NCBI GenBank assembly: GCA_965249615.1 | Contig: CBDFMI010000006.1 | Span: 9,933-73,932 of the forward strand | Direction: 5' to 3' | DNA length: 64,000 bases | Source of the DNA: a bacterium | GTDB lineage: Bacteria; UBA8248; JACPRG01; G963555815 | Part shown: in pieces, positions 1 through 10,838 of the stretch | How the letters are laid out: each line of letters opens with the position of its first letter | Numbering within the stretch: the stretch's first letter is position 1 | Translations under genes and position numbers: made by a program | Notes under the pieces: generated by a model | Databases searched by the model: none | What the model was told of the DNA's origin: nothing | The model's input: only the letters and a program-made list of their open reading frames with translations

Positions 1-2545
1 CGGTTCCGCCGCCGCTCCGCACGCTCTCGAGGAAGTGGTGATTGTCGGAACCAGACTCGAGGGCAGAAGCATTACGGATTCCCCCGTGCCGGTGGACGTT
101 ATCTGGCAGGAGGAGATTCTGAAAACAGGGCAACTCGAAGTGGGCCGGGTCATTCAGAGACTGATCCCTTCGTTCAATTTCTCAAGCTCTTCGATAAGCG
201 ACGGGACGGACGCCCTGCGCCCCGCGACGCTGAGAGGGATGGGACCGGACCAGGTGCTTGTCCTGGTGAACGGAAAGCGACGCCACGGCAGCGCGCTCAT
301 CCACGTCAACAGGTCAGTCGGACGCGGCACCGCGGGCACCGACCTGAACGCGATACCCCTCGGCGCGATCAAGCGCATAGAAGTCCTGCGGGACGGGGCC
401 TCCGCGCAGTATGGTTCGGACGCTATCGCCGGCGTCATCAACATCATCCTCAAGGACGATGACGAGGGAGGGGTCCGCGCCTCTTATGGAACGACCTACG
501 AGGGAGACGGCAATCATTACGTCGTAAGCCTCGACAAGGGATTCAAGATCGGAAAGGACGGGATGTTGCACGCGACGTTCGAGTATCGCGACCGGGAGCG
601 GACCAACCGGGCGGGGCTGAGCGGCGCCATCCAGTACCCCGACACCATGACATGCAGTCTGAGCGCTTGTGAAACCTCTGACCTTCCCAACAAGGCCGAC
701 CTTCTCGGAAACAACCCCGGTAACACCACGGTCATTCTGAACGATCCAGGCGATAAAGAGAAGATTTTCAACCGTCGCAACTTCCGCATTGGGGATGCCG
801 ATTCGGAACAGTTCAGCGGCGCGCTCAACTTCGAACAACCCATCGACGCGCTCTGGAGCAGGGCCGAGCTCTATTCCTTTGCCGATATGTCAAGGAGGAA
901 GAACGAAAGCGGCGGCTTCTACAGAAGGGCAAACCAGGATGATCGAAACCCACTGGGCTCAAGCTACCCGGACGGATTTCTGCCGCTGATCAACACGACG
1001 ATCTGGGACTTCTCGTTCGGCGCGGGCCTCATCAGAGAGTTCGGGAACGGACTCAAATCCGACCTGGGAGTGGTGCACGGAGGAAACACGTTCAATTTCG
1101 AGATCACGAACTCCCATAACGCCTCGTGGGTCAACTGCCGTCTCGAAAATCCTATTCGTATGGGAGATTGTGAGGGTTTCTCTGGCTCCGGCGTGGCGCC
1201 GACTTCCGCGGACTCCGGAAGCCTGGGCCTCTACCTCACCACCGTCAACCTGGATTTCTCCCTGCCGGTGCCGGACAAGAACCTGAACCTGGCATGGGGC
1301 ACGGAATACAGGAGAAACAACTACCGGATCGAAGCCGGGGAAGAGTATTCGTATGCGGATTACGACGGGTCAGGGGGCGCAACTCCAGGCATTCAGGTCT
1401 TTCCCGGATTCAGGCCCGCCACCGAGGTGGACGAGTCGAGGCACGCCTTTTCCTTTTACACGGACGCGGAGATGTCCTTGAATCAGATAGGCGGTTTCGA
1501 TGAGGTCATGGTCAGTCCAGCAGTGCGCTATGAGCACTACAGCGACTTCGGCCATACCGTCAACGGCAAAGTGGCCACGAAACTGGATCTCTCCAGAGAA
1601 TTCGCGTTGCGAGGCTCGATGAGCAGCGGGTTCCGGGCGCCTTCGATGCAGCAATTCTACTTCAGCAGCCTGAGCACCCAATTTATCACCAGGGGGGAGC
1701 AAACGGTTGCTGAGGAGGTCGGCACATTCAGGAACAACAGCGCCGCGGCAAAAGCCATCGGCATACCCGAGCTCAAGCAGGAAACCACGATCAACCTGAG
1801 CGGCGGTTTCGTATATACGCCGTTTCCCTCCCTCACCCTCACCACGGACTTCTACCTCATTGAGGTGAAGGACCGGATCATTCTCAGCGGAACGGTGAGG
1901 AAGGAATTTCTTTCGGCCGATGTCATTGCTGAACTCGATCGCGTGGGCGCCGGCGAGGGACAGTTCTTCATGAATGCGGCGGATACCGAGACCCGGGGGC
2001 TGGATATCGTCGTCTCGTGGGACGTGCCGTCCATGCCGCGGGGAAACCTGAACCTCAGTTTTCTCGGATCCATCATGGAAACCAAGGTCAAGTCGGTGAA
2101 TCTGCCTGCGGGTCTTCCATCCGGGCTGTTTACCGCCCGGGACCGCTCCATCATCGAAGAATGGCAACCCAAGAGCCGCTTCACGCTGTCCGGGTTGTAC
2201 AAACTGGGCCAGTTCGCGGCCTCGGTGGCGGTTCACCGCTACGGCGAGTATACGGTGACGAACGACGACGGAAGCGTCAAGCAGAAGTTCGACTCCAAAT
2301 ACCTCACCGATGCCCAGCTCAGCTACGACTTCGGACTATTCGGGATTCTGAAGCTCGGAGCCAACAACCTGTTCGACGTCACGCCGGACGAAGACACGAT
2401 TGACGCGTCCAGGGGAGGTCGGATCATCGACCGTCAGGGCAATCTCATCGTGGACACCCCAGACGTGTTCACATACTCGCGCCGGTCCGCGCCCTTCGGT
2501 TTCAACGGCGGGTTTTACTACGTGGCCTTCGAGTACAACTTTTAG
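1..2545 (+). CDS. TonB-dependent outer-membrane receptor (5' end probably outside window)
   Basis: Plug-domain-like N-terminus (DALRPATLRGMGPDQVLVLVNGKR, IEVLRDGASAQYGSDAIAGVINIILK). Long beta-barrel-like body. C-terminal ...YYVAFEYNF ending in an aromatic residue. Confidence 0.85.
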   Translation, partial: GSAAAPHALEEVVIVGTRLEGRSITDSPVPVDVIWQEEILKTGQLEVGRVIQRLIPSFNFSSSSISDGTDALRPATLRGMGPDQVLVLVNGKRRHGSALIHVNRSVGRGTAGTDLNAIPLGAIKRIEVLRDGASAQYGSDAIAGVINIILKDDDEGGVRASYGTTYEGDGNHYVVSLDKGFKIGKDGMLHATFEYRDRERTNRAGLSGAIQYPDTMTCSLSACETSDLPNKADLLGNNPGNTTVILNDPGDKEKIFNRRNFRIGDADSEQFSGALNFEQPIDALWSRAELYSFADMSRRKNESGGFYRRANQDDRNPLGSSYPDGFLPLINTTIWDFSFGAGLIREFGNGLKSDLGVVHGGNTFNFEITNSHNASWVNCRLENPIRMGDCEGFSGSGVAPTSADSGSLGLYLTTVNLDFSLPVPDKNLNLAWGTEYRRNNYRIEAGEEYSYADYDGSGGATPGIQVFPGFRPATEVDESRHAFSFYTDAEMSLNQIGGFDEVMVSPAVRYEHYSDFGHTVNGKVATKLDLSREFALRGSMSSGFRAPSMQQFYFSSLSTQFITRGEQTVAEEVGTFRNNSAAAKAIGIPELKQETTINLSGGFVYTPFPSLTLTTDFYLIEVKDRIILSGTVRKEFLSADVIAELDRVGAGEGQFFMNAADTETRGLDIVVSWDVPSMPRGNLNLSFLGSIMETKVKSVNLPAGLPSGLFTARDRSIIEEWQPKSRFTLSGLYKLGQFAASVAVHRYGEYTVTNDDGSVKQKFDSKYLTDAQLSYDFGLFGILKLGANNLFDVTPDEDTIDASRGGRIIDRQGNLIVDTPDVFTYSRRSAPFGFNGGFYYVAFEYNF

Positions 2546-2854
2546 GCTGCGGATACGGCGTCCGCGTTGCGGGCGGTCCCGCTGTCCCAGGGCGGCCGCT
2601 CACCGTCCTCACAGGTGCATGGAAACGAACTGCCGATCGCGCTGGCCCGCCGCTGTGGACGCGCATTAGCAACATCCCCGTCACGCCGGAGCAGGTGTTG
2701 GACACCCTGAAAAACGGCGTTTGAAATCACGCAGTCTTTACAAAGGGTTTCGGTCGAAGGCGGGGAATTTCAGCGCCGAAAAACGAGGTGCGCGTGCCCG
2801 GCCAGTGCATCCAGCATCAGGTCAATCACTCGAAAGGTCGGTTGCGAATACGAG

Positions 2855-2884
2855 TTGCACGTTAACATGACATAGTGGTATAGT
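2855..2884 (+). promoter_or_regulatory. sigma70-like promoter candidate upstream of aapJ
   Basis: TTGCAC (2855-2860), 18-nt spacer, TATAGT (2879-2884), about 95 nt upstream of the aapJ ATG. Confidence 0.35.
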
Positions 2885-2979
2885 TTGGGAGCATTTTTGC
2901 TGCGAAGGTGATTCCAAACCCGTGGATGAACGGTTCGATCACGAGGCGCGGGCATGGCAGGACCCACAACGAGGAGGCG

Positions 2980-4005
2980 ATGGCGGTAATGAAATGCAAA
3001 ACGATACTTGCTACAACGGTACTCGTCGTAGGGTTTACGCTTCCGGCGTCAGCCGCCACGCTGGATAACGTCAGGGCCAAGGGTTATGTCCAATGCGGCG
3101 TGCATCAGGGCCTGCCGGGGCTTTCGAATCCCGACCAGGCGGGTAACTGGACCGGGCTCGACGTCGACCTGTGTCGGGCTGTAGCCGCCGCGGTCTTCGG
3201 TAATGCGAACAAGGTGAAGTTCACCCCGTTGTCGGCGAAGGAGCGTTTCACCGCTTTGCAATCGGGCGAGATCGACGTGCTGTCACGGAACTCGACCTGG
3301 ACGCTGGCTCGTGATACCGCGCTCGGCCTCGATTTCGCGGGTGTCAACTTCTATGACGGCCAGGGCTTAATGGTCCGCAAGGATACGGGGATCAAGAGCG
3401 CCAAGGAACTCGACGGCGCCAGCGTTTGCGTCAACATCGGCACGACGACCGAGCTCAACATAGCCGACTTCTTCCGCGCCCATCGCATGAAGTACGAGCC
3501 CGTGGTCTTCGAGAAATCGGACGAGGTCATAACCGCCTACGACGCGGGCCGCTGCGACGTGTACACGACGGATCGTTTGGGCCTCGCGGCGCAGCGCGTA
3601 AAGCTGAAGAACCCCGACGCCCACGTGATTCTTCCCGAAACAATTTCGAAGGAGCCGCTGGGACCCGTGGTCCGCCACGGCGACAACCAGTGGGGCGACG
3701 TCGTCCGCTGGTCCCTGATCGCCATGATCGAGGCGGAGGAGATGGGCGTCACGTCCAAGAACGTCGACGACATGCGCAAGACATCGCCTAACCCGGTGGT
3801 GATGCGGCTTCTGGGTACGGAAGGTGATATGGGTAAGCACCTCGGCCTTTCCAACGATTGGTCCTACAACATCATCAAACAGGTCGGGAATTACGGCGAG
3901 TCCTACGAGCGCCACCTCGGTCCCAACACCGCGATAGGCCTGGCGCGCGGTCTGAACGAGCTTTGGACCAAAGGCGGATTGATGTATCCGATGCCGTTCC
4001 GCTAG
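2980..4005 (+). CDS. aapJ: general L-amino-acid ABC transporter, periplasmic binding protein
   Basis: GAGGAGG RBS then ATG at 2980. Signal peptide ...LPASAATL. Long stretches match my recollection of rhizobial AapJ (AKGYVQCGV..., KERFTALQSGEIDVLSRNSTWT). Confidence 0.85.
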   Translation: MAVMKCKTILATTVLVVGFTLPASAATLDNVRAKGYVQCGVHQGLPGLSNPDQAGNWTGLDVDLCRAVAAAVFGNANKVKFTPLSAKERFTALQSGEIDVLSRNSTWTLARDTALGLDFAGVNFYDGQGLMVRKDTGIKSAKELDGASVCVNIGTTTELNIADFFRAHRMKYEPVVFEKSDEVITAYDAGRCDVYTTDRLGLAAQRVKLKNPDAHVILPETISKEPLGPVVRHGDNQWGDVVRWSLIAMIEAEEMGVTSKNVDDMRKTSPNPVVMRLLGTEGDMGKHLGLSNDWSYNIIKQVGNYGESYERHLGPNTAIGLARGLNELWTKGGLMYPMPFR

Positions 4006-4104
4006 GACGTGTACGTACGCAGTCTCATAGGGTAATGTTCGGTTTGCCGCCGGGCGTGCCCCGCTTCGTTTCGCAGGTTGGGTGAGAGCACGGATAAGGG
4101 GGTC

Positions 4105-5295
4105 ATGGCCGCTCACAGTGAACTCGGCGCCGCGCCGACGCGCGTGTCGTTCTTGAACAACCCGCGGGTCCGCGCCCTGATCTTTCAGGCACTCGTGCTG
4201 GGCGGGATCATCGGGCTCGGGACCTACATCGTTAACAATACGCTCAACAACATGGAAAGCCAGGGCATTGCCTCCGGCTTCGGTTTCCTGACGAGGACGG
4301 CTGGTTTCGATATCGGCATGAAGCTTATCGAATACAACGAGGCGTCCTCTTACGGCCAAGCGTTCGTCGTGTCGCTTTTGAATACGCTGCTGGTGTCGGC
4401 CATCGGCATCGTTCTCGCCACGATCCTCGGGTTCGTCATTGGAATCGCGCGCCTCTCGACCAACCGGCTCGTCGCGAAGCTAGCCGAGGTCTACGTCGAG
4501 ATCTTTCGCAACATCCCGTTGCTGTTGCAGATTTTCTTCTGGTATTTCGCGGTGCTTCGGACGCTGCCGCCGCCGAGGCAAAGCATCGAATTCGCCGACG
4601 CATTCTTCCTCAACATCCGCGGGCTGTTCACGCCCAGGCCGATTTTCGAGTCCGGCTTTTCCGCCATTCTGATCAGCCTCCTCGTCGGGACGGTTGCCGT
4701 CGTTTTCATCGCCCGTTGGGCGAAACGCCGGCGCGAAGCGACGGGCCGACAGTTTCATACCGCCTATGCGTCCTTTGGCATTCTGATCGGGTTGCCCACG
4801 CTCGCGGGGTGGGTGACGGGTCTCCCCTTGTCATGGGATTATCCGGTTCTGAAGGGCTTTAATTTCCAGGGCGGCCTGACGCTCATCCCCGAACTCGTCG
4901 CCCTGGTGATTGCCCTGACCGTCTACACGGCTTCCTTCATTGCCGAAGTCGTGCGCTCGGGCATCCAGGCGGTCAGCCACGGGCAAACAGAGGCGGCCCG
5001 ATCCCTCGGCTTACGTCACGGACCCTCCCTGCGCCTTGTCATCATCCCGCAGGCATTGCGCCTCATCATACCGCCCCTCACCAGCCAATATCTGAGCCTG
5101 ACCAAGAACTCGTCGCTGGCCGCGGCGATCGCCTATCCCGATCTGGTTCTGGTGTTCGCTGGCACAGCGTTGCTGCAGACGGGGCAAGCCGTGGAGATCA
5201 TCGCTATGACAATGGCCGTGTACCTCACGATCAGCCTAGTCATTTCAGCGCTCATGAATTGGTACAACGAGAAAACGGCGTTGGTGGAGCGTTAA
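4105..5295 (+). CDS. aapQ: general L-amino-acid ABC transporter permease
   Basis: Multi-TM protein with the polar-amino-acid permease signature (...EVVRSGIQAVSHGQTEAARSLGL...). Sits in aapJ-Q-M-P order. Start chosen at the ATG after an AAGGGGG RBS; the ORF track starts at TTG 4078. Confidence 0.8.
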   Translation: MAAHSELGAAPTRVSFLNNPRVRALIFQALVLGGIIGLGTYIVNNTLNNMESQGIASGFGFLTRTAGFDIGMKLIEYNEASSYGQAFVVSLLNTLLVSAIGIVLATILGFVIGIARLSTNRLVAKLAEVYVEIFRNIPLLLQIFFWYFAVLRTLPPPRQSIEFADAFFLNIRGLFTPRPIFESGFSAILISLLVGTVAVVFIARWAKRRREATGRQFHTAYASFGILIGLPTLAGWVTGLPLSWDYPVLKGFNFQGGLTLIPELVALVIALTVYTASFIAEVVRSGIQAVSHGQTEAARSLGLRHGPSLRLVIIPQALRLIIPPLTSQYLSLTKNSSLAAAIAYPDLVLVFAGTALLQTGQAVEIIAMTMAVYLTISLVISALMNWYNEKTALVER

Positions 5296-5298
5296 GCC

Positions 5299-6402
5299 GT
5301 GGCGGACGCAAAACCGACGTTCATGCGCAGCCCTGATCTACCGTTGCCCGCATCCACCGTGGGCGTCGTGAGGTGGTTGCGCTGGAACCTGTTCTCGACC
5401 TGGCACAATAGTGTCCTCACCGTCCTCACCCTGTGGCTCATCTGGGAAGCGGCGCCGCCCGTCATCGCGTGGGCGCTGGTCAACGCGGATTGGACAGGCG
5501 CCACCCGGGACGCCTGCTCGCACGAAGGGGCGTGCTGGGTGTTCATCAAGGAGTGGTTCGGTCAGCTGATATACGGCCGCTATCCGCTCGATGAGCGCTG
5601 GCGCGTCAACTTCGGAGCTGTCATTCTCATCGTATGCGCGGGGACGCTGTTCTTCCCACGGTTCCGGTACAAAGCATGGATGGCCGCGTTCCTGCTGGTC
5701 GGCTATCCGGTGATTGCGTTTCTCCTGTTCTCGGGCGACGTCTTCGGGCTGAAGTGGGTGGAGACGCCTCTATGGGGCGGCCTGTTCCTGACGCTGGTCA
5801 TCGCAATCGTCGGATGTGTACTGGCGCTGCCGATCGGCCTTTTGCTCGCCCTGGGCCGGCGTTCGGACATGCCGGTCTTGCGGGCCGTCTGCGTCGCCTT
5901 CATCGAGCTGTGGCGCGGCGTGCCGCTCATTACCATACTGTTCATGGCGTCGGTGATGTTCCCATTGTTCTTGCCGGAAGACCTGATATTTGATAAGCTA
6001 TTGCGCATCTTGATCGCCCTGATGCTGTTTCAGGCGGCGTATCTTGCCGAGGTGATCCGCGGCGGACTGCAAGCCATTCCGAAGGGACAGTACGAGGGCG
6101 CTCAGGCGTTGGGCCTGCACTACTGGAGGATAATGGGCCTCATCATTCTTCCCCAGGCCATCAAGCTGGTGATCCCGGGAATCGTGAACTCGTTTATCGC
6201 TTTGCTGAAGGACACGACCCTCGTGGTGATCATCGGGTTGTTCGACTTCTTCGGCATGATCCAGGCCGCCGGCACCCATCCCGATTGGCTGGGATTCGCG
6301 GTCGAAGGATACGTCTTCGCCGCTTTCATTTTCTGGATCCTCTGCTTCGGCATGTCGCGGTACAGCCAGCGCCTGGAGCGAAAGCTGCACACGGGTCACT
6401 AA
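5299..6402 (+). CDS. aapM: general L-amino-acid ABC transporter permease
   Basis: Second permease with the EAA-type loop ([27 protein letters not shown]). GTG start 4 nt after the aapQ stop. Confidence 0.8.
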   Translation: MADAKPTFMRSPDLPLPASTVGVVRWLRWNLFSTWHNSVLTVLTLWLIWEAAPPVIAWALVNADWTGATRDACSHEGACWVFIKEWFGQLIYGRYPLDERWRVNFGAVILIVCAGTLFFPRFRYKAWMAAFLLVGYPVIAFLLFSGDVFGLKWVETPLWGGLFLTLVIAIVGCVLALPIGLLLALGRRSDMPVLRAVCVAFIELWRGVPLITILFMASVMFPLFLPEDLIFDKLLRILIALMLFQAAYLAEVIRGGLQAIPKGQYEGAQALGLHYWRIMGLIILPQAIKLVIPGIVNSFIALLKDTTLVVIIGLFDFFGMIQAAGTHPDWLGFAVEGYVFAAFIFWILCFGMSRYSQRLERKLHTGH

Positions 6403-6494
6403 GCGGATCGGCTTATCAACCCAAGGAGGTCGCAGCCATAAGTCATGCGCAGGCGGACACCGGCCAGGGCGCGGACACCGGCGTCGCCATCCGG

Positions 6495-7214
6495 ATGATC
6501 GGTGTCCATAAATGGTACGGTAAGTTCCACGTCCTCAAGGGCATCCACCTTTCCGTCGATTTTAAGGAGAAAATCGTCGTCTGTGGGCCTTCGGGCTCCG
6601 GCAAGTCGACCCTGATCCGATGCATCAACCGTCTCGAAGAGCATCAGCGCGGCCAGATCATCGTCGAAGGGATCGAGCTGACGAACGACCTGAAGAAAAT
6701 TGACGAGATTCGCAGCGAAGTCGGCATGGTGTTCCAACACTTCAACCTATTTCCCCATCTTACCGTTCTGGGCAATCTCACGCTGGCACCTATGTGGGTC
6801 CGCAAAATGCCCAGAGCGGAGGCAGAGGAGATCGCTATGAAGTTTCTCACCCGGGTGAAGATCCCCGAACAGGCGACGAAGTTCCCCGGGCAACTTTCGG
6901 GCGGTCAACAGCAGCGCGTCGCGATCGCCCGGGCGCTCTGCATGAACCCCAAGATCATGCTGTTCGACGAGCCGACATCGGCGCTCGATCCGGAGATGAT
7001 CAAGGAAGTGGTGGACGTCATGGTGGACTTGGCGGAGGAAGGCATGACGATGATTGTGGTGACGCATGAAATGGGATTCGCGAACCGGGTGGCCGACCGC
7101 GTCGTGTTTATGGATGAAGGAGAAATCATCGAGCAGGCCGACCCCAAGACATTTTTCAACAATCCACAGAACGAGCGGACCCAACTGTTCCTGGGTCAGA
7201 TCCTGTCGCACTGA
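6495..7214 (+). CDS. aapP: general L-amino-acid ABC transporter ATP-binding protein (minimal coordinates)
   Basis: Walker [10 protein letters not shown], signature [15 protein letters not shown], Walker [13 protein letters not shown]. Homology appears to extend upstream of 6495 (…[14 protein letters not shown]), but there is no canonical in-frame start between 6403 and 6494. Confidence 0.85.
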   Translation: MIGVHKWYGKFHVLKGIHLSVDFKEKIVVCGPSGSGKSTLIRCINRLEEHQRGQIIVEGIELTNDLKKIDEIRSEVGMVFQHFNLFPHLTVLGNLTLAPMWVRKMPRAEAEEIAMKFLTRVKIPEQATKFPGQLSGGQQQRVAIARALCMNPKIMLFDEPTSALDPEMIKEVVDVMVDLAEEGMTMIVVTHEMGFANRVADRVVFMDEGEIIEQADPKTFFNNPQNERTQLFLGQILSH

Positions 7215-7676
7215 GGAGGGCGCGGACAACCGGAGTTGAACGGGCTCCATCAGGTCAGTTGGCTCGCCTTTTGGATTAAAGTTCATCAAGCAAAATCCGC
7301 CAGGGCCGCTCAAGGGTTGCCTTCCCCATGAAAACGGGAAGCCACCCGGCGCGGCTTGTCGCTCGGACCGGATGAGGCGGGTAAAGTTGTAGACCCGGTT
7401 GACGAGTGCGAGCTTCGCCTTAGTAGCGGGCAAGCCCGATGCTTCGAATTGGAGGTGGTGGGTCACTTTGACATGAATGAATTCCAGTACCCCTTTTTTC
7501 CAAATGTTTCTTTTGTGGGCGAGGCCCTTGCGGCCTCCCGCAGAGTTGCCTGTCATTCCAAGCGCAGCGAGGAATTCGCACTGGCTATGCAACGTTCTCT
7601 GCACGATTGGCATTCGGGGATTTTACTGCTTCCATCGGATCAAAGCTTGAATCCAAACATGTAAAAGGAGAAGACA

Positions 7677-9057
7677 ATGGCCAAGGCCACTAGGCGTTCC
7701 ACCTCGACCCGAAAGGTGGGCGGGCGAACACAAAAAAATCGGGAATATGTCCTTCGCATGGCAAAGGAGCACAACGTTAAGTTCATCCGACTCTGGTTCA
7801 CGGACATGTTGGGCCACCTCAGAGACTTCGTCGTCACGCACAATGAGATCGAGGGCTCCATGTACGAGGGCCAAGGGTTTGACGGTTCGTCCATCCCGGG
7901 ATTCGCCCGGATCGAACAGAGCGACATGCTGGCGATGCCTGACCCCTCGACTTTCCAGATTCTCCCCTGGCTGAGTGAGCCGGATGGCAAGGTCGGCCGG
8001 ATGTTCTGCGACATCGTGAACCCGGACCGCTCGCCCTTTGAAGGAGACCCCCGCTACATCCTGAAACGCAACCTGGAGGAGGCCGCCAAGCTGGGATGTA
8101 CTTTTTACGTCGGACCCGAGCTCGAGTTCTTCCTGTTCAAGAATTCGGACGGGACGGAAGTCCTCGACAACGGTGGCTATTTCGATGTGTTGCTCCTGGA
8201 CGTGGCCTCGAATTTCAGACGCGAAGTCACGAAAGCGCTCCAGTCGATTGAGATTGACATCGAGTACGCTCATCACGAGGTCGGCCCCAGCCAACACGAG
8301 CTTGACCTGCGCTACGCGGAGGCCCTCACCATGGCGGACAACTGCATGACCTACCGCATGGTGGTGAAAAGTGTCGCCTTGGATCAAGGCATTTACGCCA
8401 CCTTCATGCCGAAGCCTCTGTTCGGGGTGAACGGAAGCGGCATGCACACCCATCAGTCGCTTTTTAAGGGTTCCACAAACGCATTTTACGATCCCAAGGA
8501 TGAATACCATCTCTCCGACCTGGCCAAACACTACGTTGCAGGACTCCTCCGGCACGCCCCCGAAATCACCCTCGTCCTGAACCAGTGGGTGAATTCTTAC
8601 AAGCGCCTGGTGCCGGGCTACGAGGCGCCCAGTAACATCACCTGGGCGGTCGGCAACCGCTCTGACCTCGTGCGCATCCCTAACTACAAGCCCCGGCAAG
8701 GAGGAGGCCACCCGAGTCAAACTGCGGAGCCCGGACTCCGCGTGCAACCCCTACCTGGCTTTCGCGGTCATGCTGGCTGCCGGTATGGCCGGTATCAAGG
8801 GAAAGTGCAAGCTTTCGGATCCCGCGAACCGGAATGTCTACGAGATGACCGAGACGGAGCGCAAGAAGCTCGGCATTCAGCAGCTGCCCGCCGATCTCAG
8901 CGAGGCCATTAGGCTCGCCGAGAAGAGCCAGCTCCTCCGCAAGTGCTTGAGAGAACACGCATTCACGAATCTCTTAGAAAACAAGAAACTAGAGTGGCAC
9001 GAATACCACGCCCGCGTGTCCCAGTTTGAGCTGGACAGGTACCTGGCCGTCTTATAG
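7677..9057 (+). pseudogene. glnA: glutamine synthetase type I, frame broken once near 8691-8695
   Basis: ORF 7677-8912 carries GS motifs up to ...GNRSDLVRIPNYKP. The canonical continuation KEEATRVKLRSPDSACNPYLAFAVMLAAGMAGIKGK... runs to 9057 in the +1 frame. The switch sits at the CCCC run 8691-8694. Confidence 0.85.
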
Positions 9058-9280
9058 CCTCCGTTTTCTCTTGAAGCGCAGAGCGAGGAGCGAATCGCCC
9101 GGCGGGAGGATTCAGTCCTTCATTTTGAACCCTTCCGGTTGCCCGCCCAATCCAAGTCACGTAATTAATCGCAGGACGTGACGAGAAAGTTGGAATCCGG
9201 CTGATTCGCCGACTTCGGTCAGATCTTTGCGGGTGACACATTGATTTGCTGAATCATCCACACCGGCCTAAGAGACGAAC

Positions 9281-9684
9281 ATGTACAGGATAACGAAGGT
9301 GATCGATTTCGTTTACGGCCACAGGCTTTTGGATTACGGTGAAAAGTCCAAGGCCATCCGCGGTCACGGTGGAAGGCTTGAGGTGACGCTCGAGGGCGAG
9401 GCGTTGAACGAGACCGGTTTTGTGCGGGAGTTCAGCGAGGTGAAGCAGATCGTCAAGGAATGGGTGGATGCGAATTTTGACCACGTGATGATCATGCGCA
9501 AGGAGGATCCATTTCTGTCGCCTCTCAAGAAACACAGCGAGTCGGTCTTTGAGATGGACGAAAATCCCACGGCCGAGAACCTCTGCAAGGCTATTTTTCG
9601 ATTACGCGGCCGCCCAGGAGTCCCGGTCGTCGAAGTCAGACTTGTGGCGAGACCCCGACCTCCAGCGCGTCCTGTCGTGGATAG
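9281..9684 (+). CDS. queD: 6-carboxytetrahydropterin / 6-pyruvoyl-tetrahydropterin synthase family; C-terminus probably frame-shifted
   Basis: N-terminal MYRITKVIDFVYGHRL...GHGGRLEVTLEGE...GFVREFSEVKQIV...DHVMIM...NPTAENL fits the PTPS/QueD fold. The expected ...ETPTSSASCRG stop (9682-9684) lies in another frame from about 9645. The computed ORF instead runs to 9754 with a Pro/Arg-rich tail. Confidence 0.6.
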
Positions 9685-9934
9685 GATGGGTGGACCCTCT
9701 GGCATCCCAGGGCCATTTGAAAAGCCGTGGGAAGTCACCATCTGGTTCGTATGAAAGGAAACTCTTCTTGAGCTGAAAGCGATGTGGCGCCGGCTTGGTT
9801 CGCCAAAACGCCGTAATGCGGGGGCCAAAGCCTCCGCGCCACACCCGCAGGGGGGGGTTGCCCTGAGCGAAGCCAAAGGGGCCTCACCCCCTGCCCATTG
9901 AAGACCTCGTTCATCTTTTGATGGGAGACCCTTC

Positions 9935-10186
9935 ATGGATCTGAAAGGAAAACGCGCCCTCGTCACCGGGTCTGCAATTCGGGTGGGCCGCGTCATCGCG
10001 CTCAAGCTCGCCGAACGTGGCGCTAACGTCGCTGTCCACTACAACCGATCCACGGAACAGGCCGAGGCCACGGCGAAGCAAATCCGCGCATTCGGCGTGA
10101 AGGCCATCACCATTCGGGGAGACGTCACCTAGACCAGTGCGGTCAATTCCATTGTGGACGCCGTGGAGTCTGGCCTCGGTCCTTTG
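9935..10186 (+). pseudogene. short-chain dehydrogenase (pteridine-reductase-like) N-terminal fragment with in-frame TAG
   Basis: MDLKGKRALVTGSAIRVGRVIALKLAERGANVAVHY...GDVT, then TAG at 10130-10132. Still SDR-like after that (TSAVNSIVDAVESGLGPL) until about 10186, where similarity stops. No NNAG or YxxxK part is found anywhere in the window. Confidence 0.7.
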
Positions 10187-10640
10187 GTGTCGCTAAAGAT
10201 GGTTAAGAAGAACAATATAAGTCGCAAGGACAAAAAAATCGTAGATGCGTCAACTAAAAAAGGCATTTCGGCCCAGTACCTTGGAGCGGGCCTTGGCTGC
10301 AGACTCTATAGCCCGCGAATGTTCCTAGGGAATGTTCGAACGAATTCCACGGGACGGCTTCGGTCCTTTTGGTCCCAAACGCTGGGCCGCCCGGCGCCCT
10401 CTCTTTCTCCGCCCTTTGGGATCATGCCTCTCATCATATCGAGTGAAACGCATTCTGAATACAGTCCATTTATCTATTGACGAGATCCGAGTGGTGGAGC
10501 GTTTTGAATTGTGGGTAGTATTCAAATTCCTTTTGCAGGAAGACGCTGTGAAACAGACGGCTAATCTAAATCTGAACGGAAACGGCGCGGAGGAATCGCC
10601 TTCGGACGACACCTGGACCCTGGACCCGTCCTCTGAAACG

Positions 10641-10838
10641 TCAGACCCGTTTTGGTGAGAAGCCCATCACACCGGATGTCTGCGCGGAGTGGTTGGGTTT
10701 GGACGTGAGCTGGCTGAGGGAAGTGGCGCGCCCCGGGTGCATGAAATCGGCGATGTCCTGCCAGCGGTTGTGCCAGAACTCCCGCCTCTTCTTGAGAGCG
10801 CCAAACCTTCTGGTGATTTCTTCTACGTCAGCAGGCAT
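10641..10838 (-). pseudogene. possible portal (head-tail connector) N-terminal fragment
   Basis: MPADVEEITRRFGALKKRREFWHNRWQDIADFMHPGR resembles podovirus-type portal N-termini. It lies downstream of the terminase genes. The ORF stops after about 66 codons. Confidence 0.3.

Noticed and set aside
6285-6494. The ATG at 6285 as the aapP start
   Set aside because: It would overlap aapM by 118 nt and add an N-terminus with no ABC-ATPase similarity. Homology begins near 6447, so the real start is probably near 6445 (frame issue) or at 6495.
7214-7677. A sigma54 (-24/-12) promoter, GlnR/TnrA box or glutamine riboswitch upstream of glnA
   Set aside because: The TGGCA-containing stretches lack a correctly spaced TTGC. 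The only TGTNA-N7-TNACA-like match overlaps the RBS and is imperfect. No riboswitch-like conserved structure was recognised.
9057-9281. A preQ1 riboswitch upstream of queD
   Set aside because: No CCC...AAAAAACTA-type preQ1-I core is present. Only a 7-bp inverted repeat (GTCACGT...ACGTGAC) of unknown meaning was seen.
10190-10640. An integrase or other recombinase remnant between the SDR junction and the portal fragment
   Set aside because: The three overlapping ORFs there have no recombinase motifs (no R..HxxR..Y or Ser-recombinase pattern) and look like chance ORFs in decayed DNA.
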